From assembly GCA_951406725.2 (NCBI GenBank), contig OX597823.1, positions 9,734,001 through 9,798,000 of the forward strand: a stretch of 64,000 bases of DNA, read 5' to 3'. Shown here piece after piece: positions 31,958 through 46,435 of this stretch. The first letter of the stretch is position 1. Each line of letters begins with the position of its first letter. The position numbers and the translations under genes are program-made. A model generated the notes under the pieces. It was not told the DNA's origin, made no database searches, and saw nothing but the letters and a program-made list of their open reading frames with translations. The DNA comes from Octopus vulgaris. Lineage: Eukaryota.

Positions 31958-33210
31958 TCTATTATATAAAATCACTTGTGTCTTTCTGTATGTGTGTGTC
32001 TTCTACGATGTCGTGCATCCTCCATCTGACTGCGCTCAAATTTGATATATAGATACCAACGGTATCAGGGCGTATATAAGTCTTCAAAAAATTACAAAAA
32101 TCGATTCCAGGTGAGAATGCGATCGATAAAACCGTGGAAAAGTGCATTTGTACGCGCAAGTACATCAGGCGAAATCCATCTTTTTCCGGTGTCTCAAATC
32201 TATATATATAAAACTGTAGTTGTGTGAGTGTCTGTCCCCTTCGATTTAGATTCCTAACTACTCCCACATTTTGCGGTGCAGTTTAACCAAATTCGGGTAT
32301 CTTATAGTCGTGAGTCATATCGATCCCGTCTGGGTATTAGCGAACGTCTACAATGAGTCTATGATTTTAAAAATAATTTAACATCATTTTTTATTCAATT
32401 TTAATGCATATTTTTTCGTGTGTCGATGGCGGCGGAGTTGGCGTCCATGCTCACATCGGCACCTGTGTTGCTTCTCCCCCTTCTTCCCTCCCTCGTGAAG
32501 CTGTGGGTAAGGGAGTGTAAGGAAATCAACGTCGTAAAGCGTTGTCAAGGAGACCAGCGTTCTTTTAGAACAACGACTTCATGGCTTGAAGTCGCCAAAA
32601 CAGAAATCGCTAAAATGCTGAAACAGATCCACAAAAACGGCAATTATCGCCACACAGGACAGGTTTCCTGTGCAAACAATTTGCACAACCGAATGTTTTA
32701 GTTGTTGCACAAATCTTTATATATAAAAGTAAGGTTGTGTGTCTGTCTCCTACGATTTAGATTCCTAACTACTCCCACATTTTGTGGTGCAGTTTAACCA
32801 AAACCGGGTACCTTATAGTCGTGATTCATATCGAGCCCTTCTGGGTATTAGCGCGCGTCTACGATGAGTCTACGATTTAAAAAAAAAAATTACCATCATT
32901 TTTTATTCCATTTTAATGCATTTTTCGCTATTATATTAGGGAAGTAACTCTCTAAAAATGTCTACGATGAGTCAACGATTAAAAAAAATTACCATCATTT
33001 TTTATTCCATTTTAATGCATTTTTCGCTATTATATAAGGAAAGTAACTCTCTAAAAATCTCTACGATGAGTCAACGACTAAAAAAAAATTACCATCATTT
33101 TTTATTCCACTTTTAATGCATATTTTGCTATTTTTTTGATATAACTCACTAAAAATGCTTATATAGTTATTTCCCTTACAAACCCGAGCAACGTCGGGCG
33201 ATACTGCTAG
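31958..33210 (+). mobile_element. Composite non-autonomous Helitron with three 5' ends and internal ~100-bp tandem repeats
   Basis: TC...TATATAAAA-type starts at 31958, 32199 and 32714; one hairpin plus CTAG|T end at 33210; repeats at ~32858-33130. Confidence 0.8.
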
Positions 33211-33329
33211 TATTTGATAAAAACAGTGTCGGGACGGTCGGATAAGTTGTTTTCAGAAAATTTGGTTTAAATGTTTGACAACTTAGCACCGTCCATTGGA
33301 CGGGGGCTTTTTGCTCGTATATATATATA

Positions 33330-33540
33330 TAGTTAATCCAAACAAGAAAACACAAAAAAAAAAACACAGCAACGCGAGGACGTAGAACAAATAAGGTATT
33401 ATCGGACGCTCAGAAAAGAAGGGAAGAAGGAGGGTTTAACGTTTCGAGCGGAGCTCTTCGTCGGAAACAAAGGAGAAGGAAAGATCCCGAGAAGAGAAGA
33501 CAGAGGAAAAAATTACTGGCGGTGCTCCCGAGGTCACATA
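33330..33540 (-). mobile_element. Short hammerhead-bearing element, second copy
   Basis: 33434-33468 minus reads GUUU-CCGACGA-A-GAGC-UCC-GCUC-GAAAC-GUU-AAAC; abuts (TA)n. Confidence 0.7.
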
Positions 33541-33547
33541 TGCATTC

Positions 33548-33735
33548 ACACATATATTTATATATACATAAATACACATATATTTATATATACATAAATA
33601 CACATATATTTATATATACATAAATACACATATATTTATATATACATAAATACACATATATTTATATATACATAAATACACATATATTTATATATACATA
33701 AATACACATATATTTATATATACATAAATACACAT
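33548..33735. repeat. 26-28-bp minisatellite (cacatatatttatatatacataaata), about 7 units
   Basis: Direct reading. Confidence 0.9.
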
Positions 33736-34167
33736 AACCTTATATGGCATACATACACACAAGCCCATATGCATATACAATTAACAGACAATTATCTAAT
33801 GATGATTGCATCAACTTTCCTTTAACCGTTTCTGCAGGTAATGCCACTTATGTAATAGTATTTACCTTGTTTTGAAATCATTGCGTTTCAATACTGGAAA
33901 CATCAATGTTTATTTGATTGAGAAGTAGAATGCCACAAACATATTGAATCATAAATATATATATCGGGAAATAAGATTAATTAGTACAGACGCATCGAGT
34001 CATTCTAATTAACTGGAGATTATTTTATCTGTGTCACACCTTATATAAACGGATCGAAAGTGTATCATATTACGGGAAAATTCAATATTTTCGTCTTGAC
34101 TTGGAAAACACTACGTACTATCGATATGAAGTTATATCAAGCTAGATGGTGTCAACAACATCTAAAA

Positions 34168-34355
34168 GTGGAGGCGCAATGGCCCAGTTGTTAGGACAAC
34201 GGACTCGCAGTCGTAAGAACGCGGTTTCGATTCCGAGACCGGGCACTGTCAGTGTTTATTGAGCAAAAACACCTAAGCTCCAAGTGGCTCCGGCGGGGGA
34301 GGGATGAACCCCGCTGTACTCTTACACCACAACTTTCTCTCACTCTTCTTTCCTA
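34168..34355 (+). mobile_element. SINE family C 5' part (tRNA-derived)
   Basis: TGGCCCAGTTGTTAGG and GGTTTCGATTCC boxes; homologous to 57298-57682. Confidence 0.8.
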
Positions 34356-35270
34356 CTTCTGCCACAAAGCAGAAGAACTATGGTGTAATCCGTTACGGTG
34401 TGGTAAACTTTCAGACCCTAGTCTAGATTGCGAATCTTCTGTACCCCAGGATGGTTCAGCTCTGCACCCATTAAAAGCCACTGTTTACGGAATGTGAATA
34501 ACAACATATTAGACTGCAACATATTAGACTGCAACCGCCAGTCTATCGCGTGTGGTGTGTGGATCTTCAAGTTGCCACACGCATTCTTAGTAGCTTAGAG
34601 TAGGCTCGAATTAGAGATTATTCTTTGTGGCTAATGCCGTGAGTCCTGATTGGAAGAAGAAGATGAACAACAATAACAACATCTAAAAAGAAGTTGTATG
34701 CAAGGAACTTGAAAGTAGCAAATGCCTTGCGAAAATCTCAAAACATAACGTGTATGTATGTGTGTGCATGTGTGTGTGTCTGAATATCACTAATTAATCC
34801 TAAATTATGTTTTTCATTTCTGAAGTAACCTAAGGCTCATAATTTGAGTCATAAGCTTGAGTCAATCAAGCCAAACTATAGTTAATGATCAAAGGGCGAA
34901 AGGTGAAGCCAACTATATAATCCTTTTGGCACTGCGAAAATTCTTTGCATAATGCTGCTTTCAGAAGAGATTACAAATGCAGTCAAATAGTTATGAACTC
35001 TGACATACCCAATAATATACTTCGATTAAAAACGTAACACTTTAACAAGCATCATGACAATAAAAAATTTTTTTTTGTGAAGTAAATTAAAGGTATATTT
35101 CATCTATGGTTAAAGCAGTTCTTGGTATTTTAAGAGACTTTGATATGCTACTATTATTTGCTTTGAGTTACTAACTCTGAGACAAAACTAGGATTTGCCC
35201 AAAATGTCAAAGTCACTGTCAACAACATTCTAGTATAAAATATATTTATAAAATTATATATGTGTACCAC

Positions 35271-35330
<60 letters not shown>

Positions 35331-35375
35331 GTCTATCTATCTATTTATCTATTTATCTATCTATCTATCTATCTA

Positions 35376-35408
<33 letters not shown>

Positions 35409-35450
35409 TTATCTCTCTATCTATCTATCTATTTAAATATATGTCTATCC

Positions 35451-35519
<69 letters not shown>

Positions 35520-35579
35520 CGTAACTATCTGTCTATCTATCTATCTATCCATCTATCTATCTATCTATCTATCTATCTG

Positions 35580-35610
<31 letters not shown>
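35271..35610. repeat. (TATC)n microsatellite
   Basis: Direct reading. Confidence 0.95.
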
Positions 35611-35611
<1 letters not shown>

Positions 35612-36581
35612 AAGAATTGTCGTCCAGTGACGTAATGTTGCAAGTTGGTAATATATTTGCACGGCTTGGTTTACCACTAAAACTCTTGCTTGAACTGCAA
35701 GTCAAAACCAGCTGATGTCGAGGCTGCCTATCAAAACCTGGCTAGAAATGGTTCGTCGTTGAACGGTCGGATATTTATCAGTAACAGAATGAACAAGCAA
35801 AATATCTGATATCACATGTTAGAACCTTTGATTTAGAATACATAATTTAAACATAAATGCAGAGTAGTTGCAGTATATATAGGTAAATAGGTAAATAGGA
35901 ATTTACGATATTCTATATTTAAATTATATATTATAAATTACACATATATACATGTATCTATGCATGAAGTGCTACATGTTTTGTTCGAATGTTCTCCGTT
36001 TCTAACACACGCACATGACACGCACAAACACACACGAACACGCACACTCAGATATATTTATATTTACGCACATACATACACATGTACACATATAATAAAA
36101 ATTTGAAATAAAGTTGAACCTATAGATCAATCTCTCATGGTAGTTCTATCTTCGATGCTCACATGTTGCGAGATGCAGCTATTTTCCTTTGTAACAGAAC
36201 AACGCACCATAAAAGAAAAAATGTTCTCTACTCCAGAGCGCTTCCTAAATATTACATATTTCTGTTAGAATTGCCTATGGTGTATATGTCGCATATCAGT
36301 TTAGAATTATGAAAAATTTATAAACCATATAATAAAAAAAAGAACCAACAAAATGAAATTAAAACATGGTTTCAAAAGATTCGCACATCACATAAAAATG
36401 GAAAATTGCAACTGCAGATATGTGCAGGTATTTCATTATAGATATATGGTAATACAATTATATAGCAAAAGTATAACACATTTCAAGAATGTTTCTGCAA
36501 TTTAAGTAATTTACAGTTCACGAAAAATTCATGCATCAACATTTTTTCAGAACCTGAACGACGCTGATTAAATCCTTTTCA

Positions 36582-36663
<82 letters not shown>

Positions 36664-36726
36664 TTATGTATGTATGTATGTATGTATGTATGTATGTATG
36701 TATGTATGTATGTATGTATGTATATA

Positions 36727-37050
36727 TGAATATTAAGGAGATGTACTTGCATAGCAAGTGACCTGTTCTGATGTCGTGTGCTGGTACGAGAACAGTAGCA
36801 GCGTGGAAGATGTTTATAAGCCAATTAAGAAGCACACAGAAACCGTTAGATTCACTTCAACATTTAAATTTAATTTGTCAAAATATTTTCGTCGCTATGT
36901 GACCGCGACCTGAATTTTGTCAGCGAACAGGTCACGGTCTCAAAGCGACGAAAATATTTTGACAAATTAAATTTAAATGTTGAAGTGAATCTAACGGTTT
37001 TTGTGTGTTTCTTAATTGGCTTATAAACCCCTTCCACGCTGCAATTGTTT
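36727..37050. mobile_element. Miniature fold-back element (~115-bp inverted arms) with hammerhead-like apex
   Basis: 36798-36912 versus 36928-37042 inverted; TA-rich flanks. Confidence 0.85.
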
Positions 37051-37056
37051 ATATAT

Positions 37057-37455
37057 GAGTGGCTGTGTGGTAAGTAGCTTGTTTACCAACTACATGGTTC
37101 TGGGTTCAGTCCCACTGCGTGGCACCTTGGGCAAGTGCCTTCTACTATAGCCTCGGGCGGACCAAAGCCTTGTGCGTGGATTTGGTAGACGGAAACTGAA
37201 AGAAGCCCATCGTATATATGTATATATTTGTATATGCGTGTGTGTGTGTGTTTGTGTGTCTGTGTTTGTCCCCCTAGCATTGCTTGACAACCGATGCTGG
37301 TGTGTTTATGTCCCCGTTACTTAGCGGTTCGGCAAAAAGAGACCGATAGAATAAGTACTGGGCTTACAAAAGAATAAGTCCCAGGGTCGTTTTGCTCGAC
37401 TAAAGGCGGTGCTCCAGCATGACCGCAGTCAAATGACTGAAACAAGTAAAAGAGT
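37057..37455 (+). mobile_element. SINE family A
   Basis: Near full-length match. Confidence 0.92.
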
Positions 37456-37456
37456 A

Positions 37457-37493
<37 letters not shown>

Positions 37494-38271
37494 AATATAC
37501 ACACACACACATATATAAACGTATGTATATGTATACATACATATATATACACACACATACATAATACATCCATATATATGTATGTATATGTAATATATAT
37601 ATACACGCATGTATATATATATATATATATATAAATATATATATATAAACACACACACACACACATATGTATGAATTTATGTATGTGTGCATATATATGC
37701 TTATTTGTGTGGTGTTTGTGTATTGTTGGGCATGCCTACGCATATACTTCTGCATTTTAATGTATTTGTGCATCTATACGAGCTGTTTTTTAATTAGTGA
37801 ATGTGTGTCAGTGATTTGTGAGCAGCTGCTATTCTTTATTGTATGTTTGTCACTAGTGCTAGCTAATTAATGATGTTTGGTCTATGTATGTAGTAAGTGT
37901 GTGTGTGTAGGGGGTCGAGTCTAATCGATCGCCGCGTATGAAATCAGTTTTGCTACACGTTGATAGAAATTAACTGGCGAAATCAGAGTTCAGCTGAATT
38001 TTATGAACAGCAAAACATTTAAACCTTGCTTATACACACATACGCATACCACCAATCACGCAACGTGAGCATGCACACAATCACACACACACACAGAATC
38101 ACACATACATACACGGATAAAGAAACTGACCAAAAGATACACATATACAGACAAACGTTGGTCCGCCTCCACACACTTGCCTATATGCATATTCATAGAT
38201 ACATAATACATCTCTGCTTGCACATCGGTATGCATGTGTATGAATACGTGTATATATGTCATATACGCATA

Positions 38272-39845
38272 AACTGGACCGCAAAAGGAACGCAATATTT
38301 TCAAACGTCATTTTTATGTGATAAATTCTGAAAATTTATTCCGGGTATGTAAGTGTAAATACTCCCAGTCATTCTGCTTTATGGCTGAGACCGAAATTAC
38401 AGGTAGCCTTTCAAATTTCCCTGAACCGATACGCCAAAAAGTAGCAGCGTTGAATGCCGTGGGTGGCAGTCGCAAACGGTTGTCATCAAAACCGAAATGC
38501 ACGTGCATCTTGTGGAGGTTATGGGTATAAAAGTCAACTTGAACAGCGTCCCTGGCATTCATAATTTGAACCTCATCAGGTATGGCCCGATTGTCAGCAG
38601 TGCAGGGAGTACAGGCTATCGGCCGATTGCAAGCACAGCAGCGTGGCCTGGTTGCTGCAAAAACTTACAATGTCCATGTCAGCACCATCTATCACCTGCA
38701 ACAGCGATACAGCAACACCAACAGCACTCTAGACCGCGCCTGCAGAGAGCGCTCCCGGGTGACCACGCCCAAGCGGGGCCGCTTCATTTACCTGCGACAT
38801 CCTCGTGATCACTTCAGACCGGCCAGTGTGACAGCTCGCGAGACCATAGCACTGGACAGCGACTCATCAGCGACGATACAGTACGACGTCGACTGGCCGC
38901 CAACAACCTGCGTTGCCGTCGTCCTGCTCGAGGGCCTGTCCTCACCGCTCGCCACCGTCAGGCATGACTACAGTGAGCTACACAGCACCAACATTGGCGG
39001 CATCGACAACGGAGGTCGATAGTCTTCACCGATGAGAGCCGGTATTGCGTTTCCACCTCGGATGGCAAAGTGACGGTGTAGCGTAGGAGGGGTGAAGGCT
39101 ACAGAGACGCGTCATGGAGAGAGACGCATGTGTCATGAAGAGGGACGCATGTGTCATGGAAAGAGACGTATGGTGGAGGGGGGGAGCAAGCATCATGGTT
39201 TGAGGTGCTATAGGCCTGAATCAGAGAATTGGGCTTCATGTGTTCGAAAATGTTGGTAAAAGCAAAGGAATGGCACCACAGCGCAGCGCTACGTTGACCA
39301 GATCCTAAAACTGCAAATTCTGCCCTTCTTCGCGTGTCACCGTAGACACGTGTTCCGGCCGAACAATGCTCCCTCCCACACGGCCAGAGCCACCACGGAG
39401 TTTCTGTGTCAGTACAACATCACAACCATACCGTGGCCAGCTCTCAACCTGGAATTGAGCCTAATTGAAAACTTGTGGGATGAAATCCAGAGACGGCTGA
39501 ACCAGATGGTCCGAAGGCCGACAACTCGTGTGGAGTTCGGCGCAGCTTAACTCAGGATGTGGGCACATGTGCTAATGTCTTATGTGAACTGCCTTATGTA
39601 CTCCATGTACCGATGGTGTATGGCCGTTCTGAACGCGCAGGGAGGGCATACACGGTATTGAAGATGGCTCACCTTAGAATCTCGATGAGCTCACTGCCAG
39701 AACACATGACAACAACCGATAGACTGTGGTCAGAGTGCATCCAAGAAATTGACTTTATCAGATTTATCAAAATTTATTTCTGACATAATAAAATTAAAAT
39801 ATATTTAACAGTCACACACGTCTCGCGTTTCTTTTCGTTTCAGTG
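38272..39845 (+). mobile_element. Decayed Tc1-like DNA transposon; transposase pseudogene from 38582 to ~39660
   Basis: Paired-like HTH start; FTDESRY; PNNAPSHTARAT (QDNA-like); WPALNLELSLIENLWDE (SPDLNPIE-like); imperfect TIRs; TA flanks. Confidence 0.88.
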
Positions 39846-39869
39846 TATATATATACATTAATACAGACA

Positions 39870-40290
39870 CATCGATCAAAATGCTTCACAGTATTTCGCC
39901 CGTCTTTACGTTCTGATTTCAAATAGCTGCGAGGTCGACTTCTCCTTTTATTCGCTTGAGGTCGATGAAATAAGTACGAGTTGAACACTTGGACCGATGT
40001 TATTGAGTTATTATCTCCCCGGATCTTTGTGAATTGTGCCAAAATTTAAAACAATATTATATATGTGTCTAAGGCATCGAGTTGGAAAAGTTGTTAGCAC
40101 GCCACGCAAAATACTTAGCGGTTTTTCTTTCATCCTCACATTCTGAGGTAAAAGCGCATCAAGGTCGACTTTGCCTTTTATTCTTTCGAGGACGATAAAA
40201 CGAGTAGCAATTAAACGCTAGGGTCGATGCTCTCGACATTCTCCGCACCCTAATATTGCTGGTTGTGTGCTAAAATTTGAAATCTGTATT
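39870..40290 (+). mobile_element. Two old SINE family B-related copies in tandem
   Basis: Degenerate gaggtcgactt...gataaa...agta cores. Confidence 0.6.
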
Positions 40291-40487
40291 ATGGGTGTGC
40301 GGTGTATAATGCGTGTTATATATTTATGAAAATATATATATTTACATACAAATACACACGTATATATGAGTGCGTGTGAGCGTTTAATTGTATATTTGCG
40401 TGTGTATGTGTGTGTGTGCATGTGCGCGTGTGTGTATCTGTGAAGCAAGTACTATAATCATTTTGAAAATTGTCAAAAAGGTTAATA

Positions 40488-41053
40488 TTGGGTTGTCCGG
40501 AAAGTTCGTGCCAATTTATAGTAGCTTATCTTTCGACTTATTTTAGAACATGGTTCAGTCCATAAAATAGGATTTGACTACACCTCCATTTAGAGCACAG
40601 TATACGATATCTTTTCGTGGAAGAATGTTTATGTTCCTATAACCTCTGTTAATTCTGTAACCCTTTAAAATGGAAGATAAGAAATTTCATTTTCGGCACT
40701 TGATGCCTTGGGAACCATACAAAAATTGTTGTAGCTCGGCTGGGATGTGTTACCACGCCCTCCATATTGACCAGATATTGCTCCTTCGGATTTCCACTTA
40801 TTCAGGTCTCTGCAGAATAGTTTTAATGGTAAAAATGTCAATACCTTGGATGACTTAAAAAGACACCTGGATGAATTCTTTGCCATGAATCCACCTCAAT
40901 TCTGGGAAGAGGGTATTTTCAAGTTAAAGGCAAGATGGAGATGCATTGTGCAACAAAATGGTTCATATTTGGTTGATTAAAAATGTAATGACAAGTATTT
41001 ATTGACCTTTTTCTTTCCTTTAAAAATCGGAAGGAACTTTCCAGACAACATAA
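40488..41053 (+). mobile_element. Internally deleted mariner element
   Basis: TIRs ttgggttgtccggaaagttc / gaactttccagacaacataa; MEDKKFHFRHL joined directly to GWDVLPRPPY*PDIAPSDFHLFRSL. Confidence 0.9.
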
Positions 41054-41086
41054 TCCTTTCAGTATATTTTAACAAGTAAATAACAA

Positions 41087-41123
<37 letters not shown>

Positions 41124-41557
41124 GAAGACACTTGCGAACGGTGCCATGCAGTAAGACTGAACCCGGAACCACGTAGTTGGTAAAGAAACTACTCACCACA
41201 AAGCCAGTCCAGTATATATTGCCGACAAAAGCAGTATCAATACCGCGGGGTAATAATATTTATCCACACTTAAACATGGATATCGTGTTTAAAAAAAACT
41301 ATATTGACATTTCGATGAAAATGCACTCTTATTTATATCCCCACCAGCACCAACGCCGAGACAGTCACATGATTTTAACGTTGCTTGGTCTTGTCAAAGT
41401 TGGACACCCGACCGCTAGAGGCAACAGCGATAAATCTCCTCGCTGCCGGCGATATATACGTCAGTCTCAGAATAGGCACCGGTGTGGCGATTAGCCAGTT
41501 AGCTATATATATATATATACATACATACATACATGCATGCATGCATACATACATACA

Positions 41558-41620
<63 letters not shown>

Positions 41621-41710
41621 ACATATGTGTGTGTGTGTTTGTGCATGTATGTGTCGTGTGTGTGTTTCCGTGTGTGTATTTTAGCGAATTTATTAGCAGG
41701 TTAGAATAGA

Positions 41711-41859
41711 GCGCAGGATTAGCAAGTAGCTTGCTTACCAACCCCAGGGGTCCGGGTTCAGTCCCACTGCGTGGCACCTTGGGCAAGTGCCTTGTACTAT
41801 AGCCTCGGGCCGACCAAAGCCTTGTGAGTGGAAACTGAAAGAAACCTGTTGTATATATG

Positions 41860-41934
<75 letters not shown>

Positions 41935-42187
41935 TTGTGTGTGTGTGTATGTGTGTGTGTGTGTATGTGTGTGTGTGTGTATGTGTGTGTCTGTGTTTGT
42001 CTCCCCCGCTTGACAACCGATACTGGTGTGCTTACGTCTCCGTAACTTAGCGGTTCGGCAAAAGTTACCGATGGAATAAGTACTCGGCTTACAAAGAATA
42101 AGTCCTGGGGTCGAATTCCTCGACTAAAGGCGGTGCTCCAGCATGGCCGCAGTCAAGTGACTGAAACAAGTAAAAGAGTAAAAGAGT
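41711..42187 (+). mobile_element. SINE family A with internal deletions
   Basis: Family match, expanded internal (TG)n. Confidence 0.9.
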
Positions 42188-42776
42188 ACAGCACCTGGAT
42201 AAGGATCGTGCTCAGGTTGGACCTAGGTCTGTGACGCTTCTTGACTGGCTCTAGGTTGAGGCAAACCCGTTACAGCAGAATTGCTTCACATCCGTACTCA
42301 TATTAATCTCTATGCTATTTGTGCTTTTGTCTCATATCTGTCTCCCTTCTCTTTTCCTATAACTCTTTTAATGCAACAATAAATGTATCAAAATTTACTC
42401 CCGGGCCATAAGAACATAAGGTCGCTATCCCGGAATATTTTCCTACTGGACGGGAAGGAAATCTGTCCGAGAATTGTTCATTCTCGTCTGCTGACAGGCC
42501 TGGAGCAACCATAACTGAATAGTTTAGCTCAAGAATGCAGCCCACTGCCCGGTCCAGAGGTCCTGTAACCAAAACCACAATTGTACGTTCATGAGTGCAA
42601 CGCACTAAGCTCCGCATATCTACATATACGTATGTATGTATGTATGTATGTATGTATGTATGTATGTATGTATGTATTTATGCATGTATGCATGTATGTA
42701 TGCATGCATGCATGTATGTATGTATGTATATATGTGTGTCTATATACATATATATATATATGTGTGTGTGTGTGTA

Positions 42777-42808
<32 letters not shown>

Positions 42809-42811
<3 letters not shown>

Positions 42812-43151
42812 CCTTAATCCTTAAAAATGTTTTAGCCCGAAGGCCGCGGCCATGCTGGGGCACCACCGCTGAATGAGCTACACTAATATGTGAATCCACC
42901 TCTGATACGTGGCACTTGATCAACAAGGGGGTTCGATGCTGCTGCCCGCATCTGCGTCTCCTGTCGTGAGGTAGGTTCATCTGGGACTCCCGACAAGAAG
43001 AGATTCAGTTTAGTTTTTAAAGAAACCCACATCCACACCATGTAAGTCTCTCAGGCATTTAGGGAGGATGTTAAAGAGCTGTGGTCCTCTGAAACCCAAG
43101 CTGTTGCAGTATCTGGACCTGTATTTTGATGGTGATGTTGGAATGATGGTG
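42809..43151 (-). mobile_element. CR1/L2-group LINE 3' end whose tail matches SINE family A
   Basis: NSLGFRGPQLFNILPKCLRDLHGVDVGFFKN...VPDEP (frameshifted); tail ggtgccccagcatggccgc...gctaaaaca plus (taaggat)n. Confidence 0.75.
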
Positions 43152-43163
43152 ATATATATATAT

Positions 43164-43203
<40 letters not shown>

Positions 43204-43348
43204 ATATATATATAATTTTAAATTTTAACTATGATGAAATCTTAAGCACTTTGTCCATTTTCTCTACTCGAAAATATATTATTTGTTTCTCTGACTCCCT
43301 CCCCACTCTCCTTATTTATTCCCCTCTGTCATTATCTATCTATCTGTC

Positions 43349-43446
<98 letters not shown>

Positions 43447-43639
43447 CAGGCATGCATACCTACATATATGTATATTATACACACACACACACATTGACAT
43501 ACACAATCATAAATATTATATACTATATCACATATATATGTGTCGTCTATTTGAATGTTTGCGTTCTTGTCCCATTTTGTATTTATATATATATTTGTTA
43601 TACATATATATATATATGTATATATTATATGTGTGTGTG

Positions 43640-43687
<48 letters not shown>

Positions 43688-43743
43688 ATTTCAGCTCAGA
43701 GCTGCGGCCATGTCGATGCACCGCCGTTTTGTGCTACACTGTC

Positions 43744-43814
<71 letters not shown>

Positions 43815-43984
43815 GTATATACGTATGTATATGTTTATATAGATACACATTGGTGTATTATACATTTCACTCTCCTCTGTCTTTCTCTTTCACTCTATAT
43901 ACATATGCACATATGTATATATGTATATGCACGTATGTATATATGCATGTATGTATGTGTGTATGTATGGATGTATTATGCATG

Positions 43985-44019
<35 letters not shown>

Positions 44020-44149
44020 GTGCAAATGTGCTGTAGTTCGGTAATACATCATATTACTCTATTTAACTTAAGAACGCAATGACAACATTGATAGGCATCT
44101 GGGATTCGAACTTAGGTAACCTGGCCGACTTCCAAGGACATTAATATTT

Positions 44150-44600
44150 TAGTACCAGCCTTTTGACTGACTCAATATGTTTTACGCATGCGTAGTCAGT
44201 ACGGTTCGTTGTTGTCCCAGCATAGTTTACTACTGTGCGCAGGCAGCGGATGTCAGCTGAGCTAGGAAATAGGACGGTGGTAGCAGTGCTAGGAGAGGGA
44301 ATATTGTAGGAGGAGTCAACAGTGGTAGGAGAAAACTGCAGTGAATAACAATATTGTGCAGGTGAGCAAAGAAATCATATGCAGGCCTGTTGCTGCCGCC
44401 ATTGCAGCTGCTTCTGCCGCTACTGCAGTTGATGCTACCGTTCTTGCCGTTCGTGGCGGTGCCGTCGAAGCTGTCGAGCGATGGTGGCGGCGGCGCTGTC
44501 GGTTCGGTTGGTGTCTATGATTTATTTTGCTGGGAAGTGTGTGTTCGATGCCGTTGATGTAAAATGAATGGTGAGGTAATATTGAGGTAAGAGGATGGAG
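44150..44600. promoter_or_regulatory. GC/CpG-rich island, candidate promoter or first exon
   Basis: acgcatgcgt and tgcgcaggc (NRF1-like), gccgccatt (YY1-like), possible donors gag|gtaata and gag|gtaaga near 44575-44590. Confidence 0.3.
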
Positions 44601-44832
44601 GTGGTGGTGGTGGTGGTGGTGGTGGTGGTATTAGCGTGAAGTTAGAGGGAGTGGCAGCGGAGGATTTTGGCGTAAAGATAGTGGCAGTGATGGTATTACT
44701 GTTAAGCTGAAGTTACGGTGGCAGTGATAATACACTATATGCCCCCCTCTCCCTCCCCCTATCTCTCGATCCCTCACAAACACACACATATTTATACATA
44801 TATGCATATATATATCTATATCTATCTATCTA

Positions 44833-44875
<43 letters not shown>

Positions 44876-44998
44876 TTATATGCATATATGTATAAATATG
44901 CATATATATATAAATACATATATATATATACATACACACACCTATATGTACACACACACAAACACATATACATACATATAAATATATATGTATGTACG

Positions 44999-45048
<50 letters not shown>

Positions 45049-45170
45049 TGTGTGTGTGTGTGTGTTTGTGTGTGTGTAAATATAGGTGTCTGTATGTATG
45101 CCTACATATCAATATACAAATATTGTATACCTAAAGAATTTTTGCACATATATATGTGTGCTCATGTATA

Positions 45171-45276
<106 letters not shown>

Positions 45277-45799
45277 AATGTATAACATTCCAATAATTAA
45301 TAATCATCATGGTAACCGTAGCAGTGGTGATGGCATACCGCCGTATCTTCTCTGCGATTTTAGAGGCTGTTCTAACTCCGGTGTTGGTGGTGGCTGTTAT
45401 AGTGATGTCACTGTACGATTTGCATCAGTGTGTGTAAACATCTCTATTTCGTGTGGGTCTTAAGTTGCACCCTATTATTCCTCCTTGCTGATTTGAGGAC
45501 AACGCATGAAGAAATGTTAGACGCTTGATGGAAGAAGCATTTGACTGGGAAAAAAGGATAGCTTAAGTGTCCGTATTTGATAAGGACAGAATGGAAGATA
45601 GAAATAGAAGAAGTGAGTGAATGTAAGGGGGAGCGAGATTGGGAGAGAAAGAGGGGAGAGAAAAAGATGAAAAATTAGTGGGCATAGCGAGAGAGTTAGA
45701 TGAAAGTGGAGCGAGGTTTAATGATACGAGAAACGAGATTAGAAATGTGGGGTTTGGTTAAACGGAAGACGGTGGATATATAGAGGCAAAAGAGGTAAA

Positions 45800-46212
<413 letters not shown>

Positions 46213-46369
46213 AAGACGGGAAATGAGTGGGAGAAAGATAATGCATTTCATACGGGAGAAGATGAAGCATTAAGAACAAGGGACATATCAATCAGTGCGT
46301 AGCTTGGTGATCCAGAGAAACAAGATCGAATTCCATGCACTCGCGGCCAAACAACATTGTTGATACGCA

Positions 46370-46435
<66 letters not shown>

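Noticed and set aside
33548-33735. CRISPR-like short repeats (also the 62-kb array)
   Set aside because: No unique spacers, no cas genes, eukaryotic context.
41420-41500. ctcctcgctg resembling HDV L3
   Set aside because: No supporting nested pseudoknot found.
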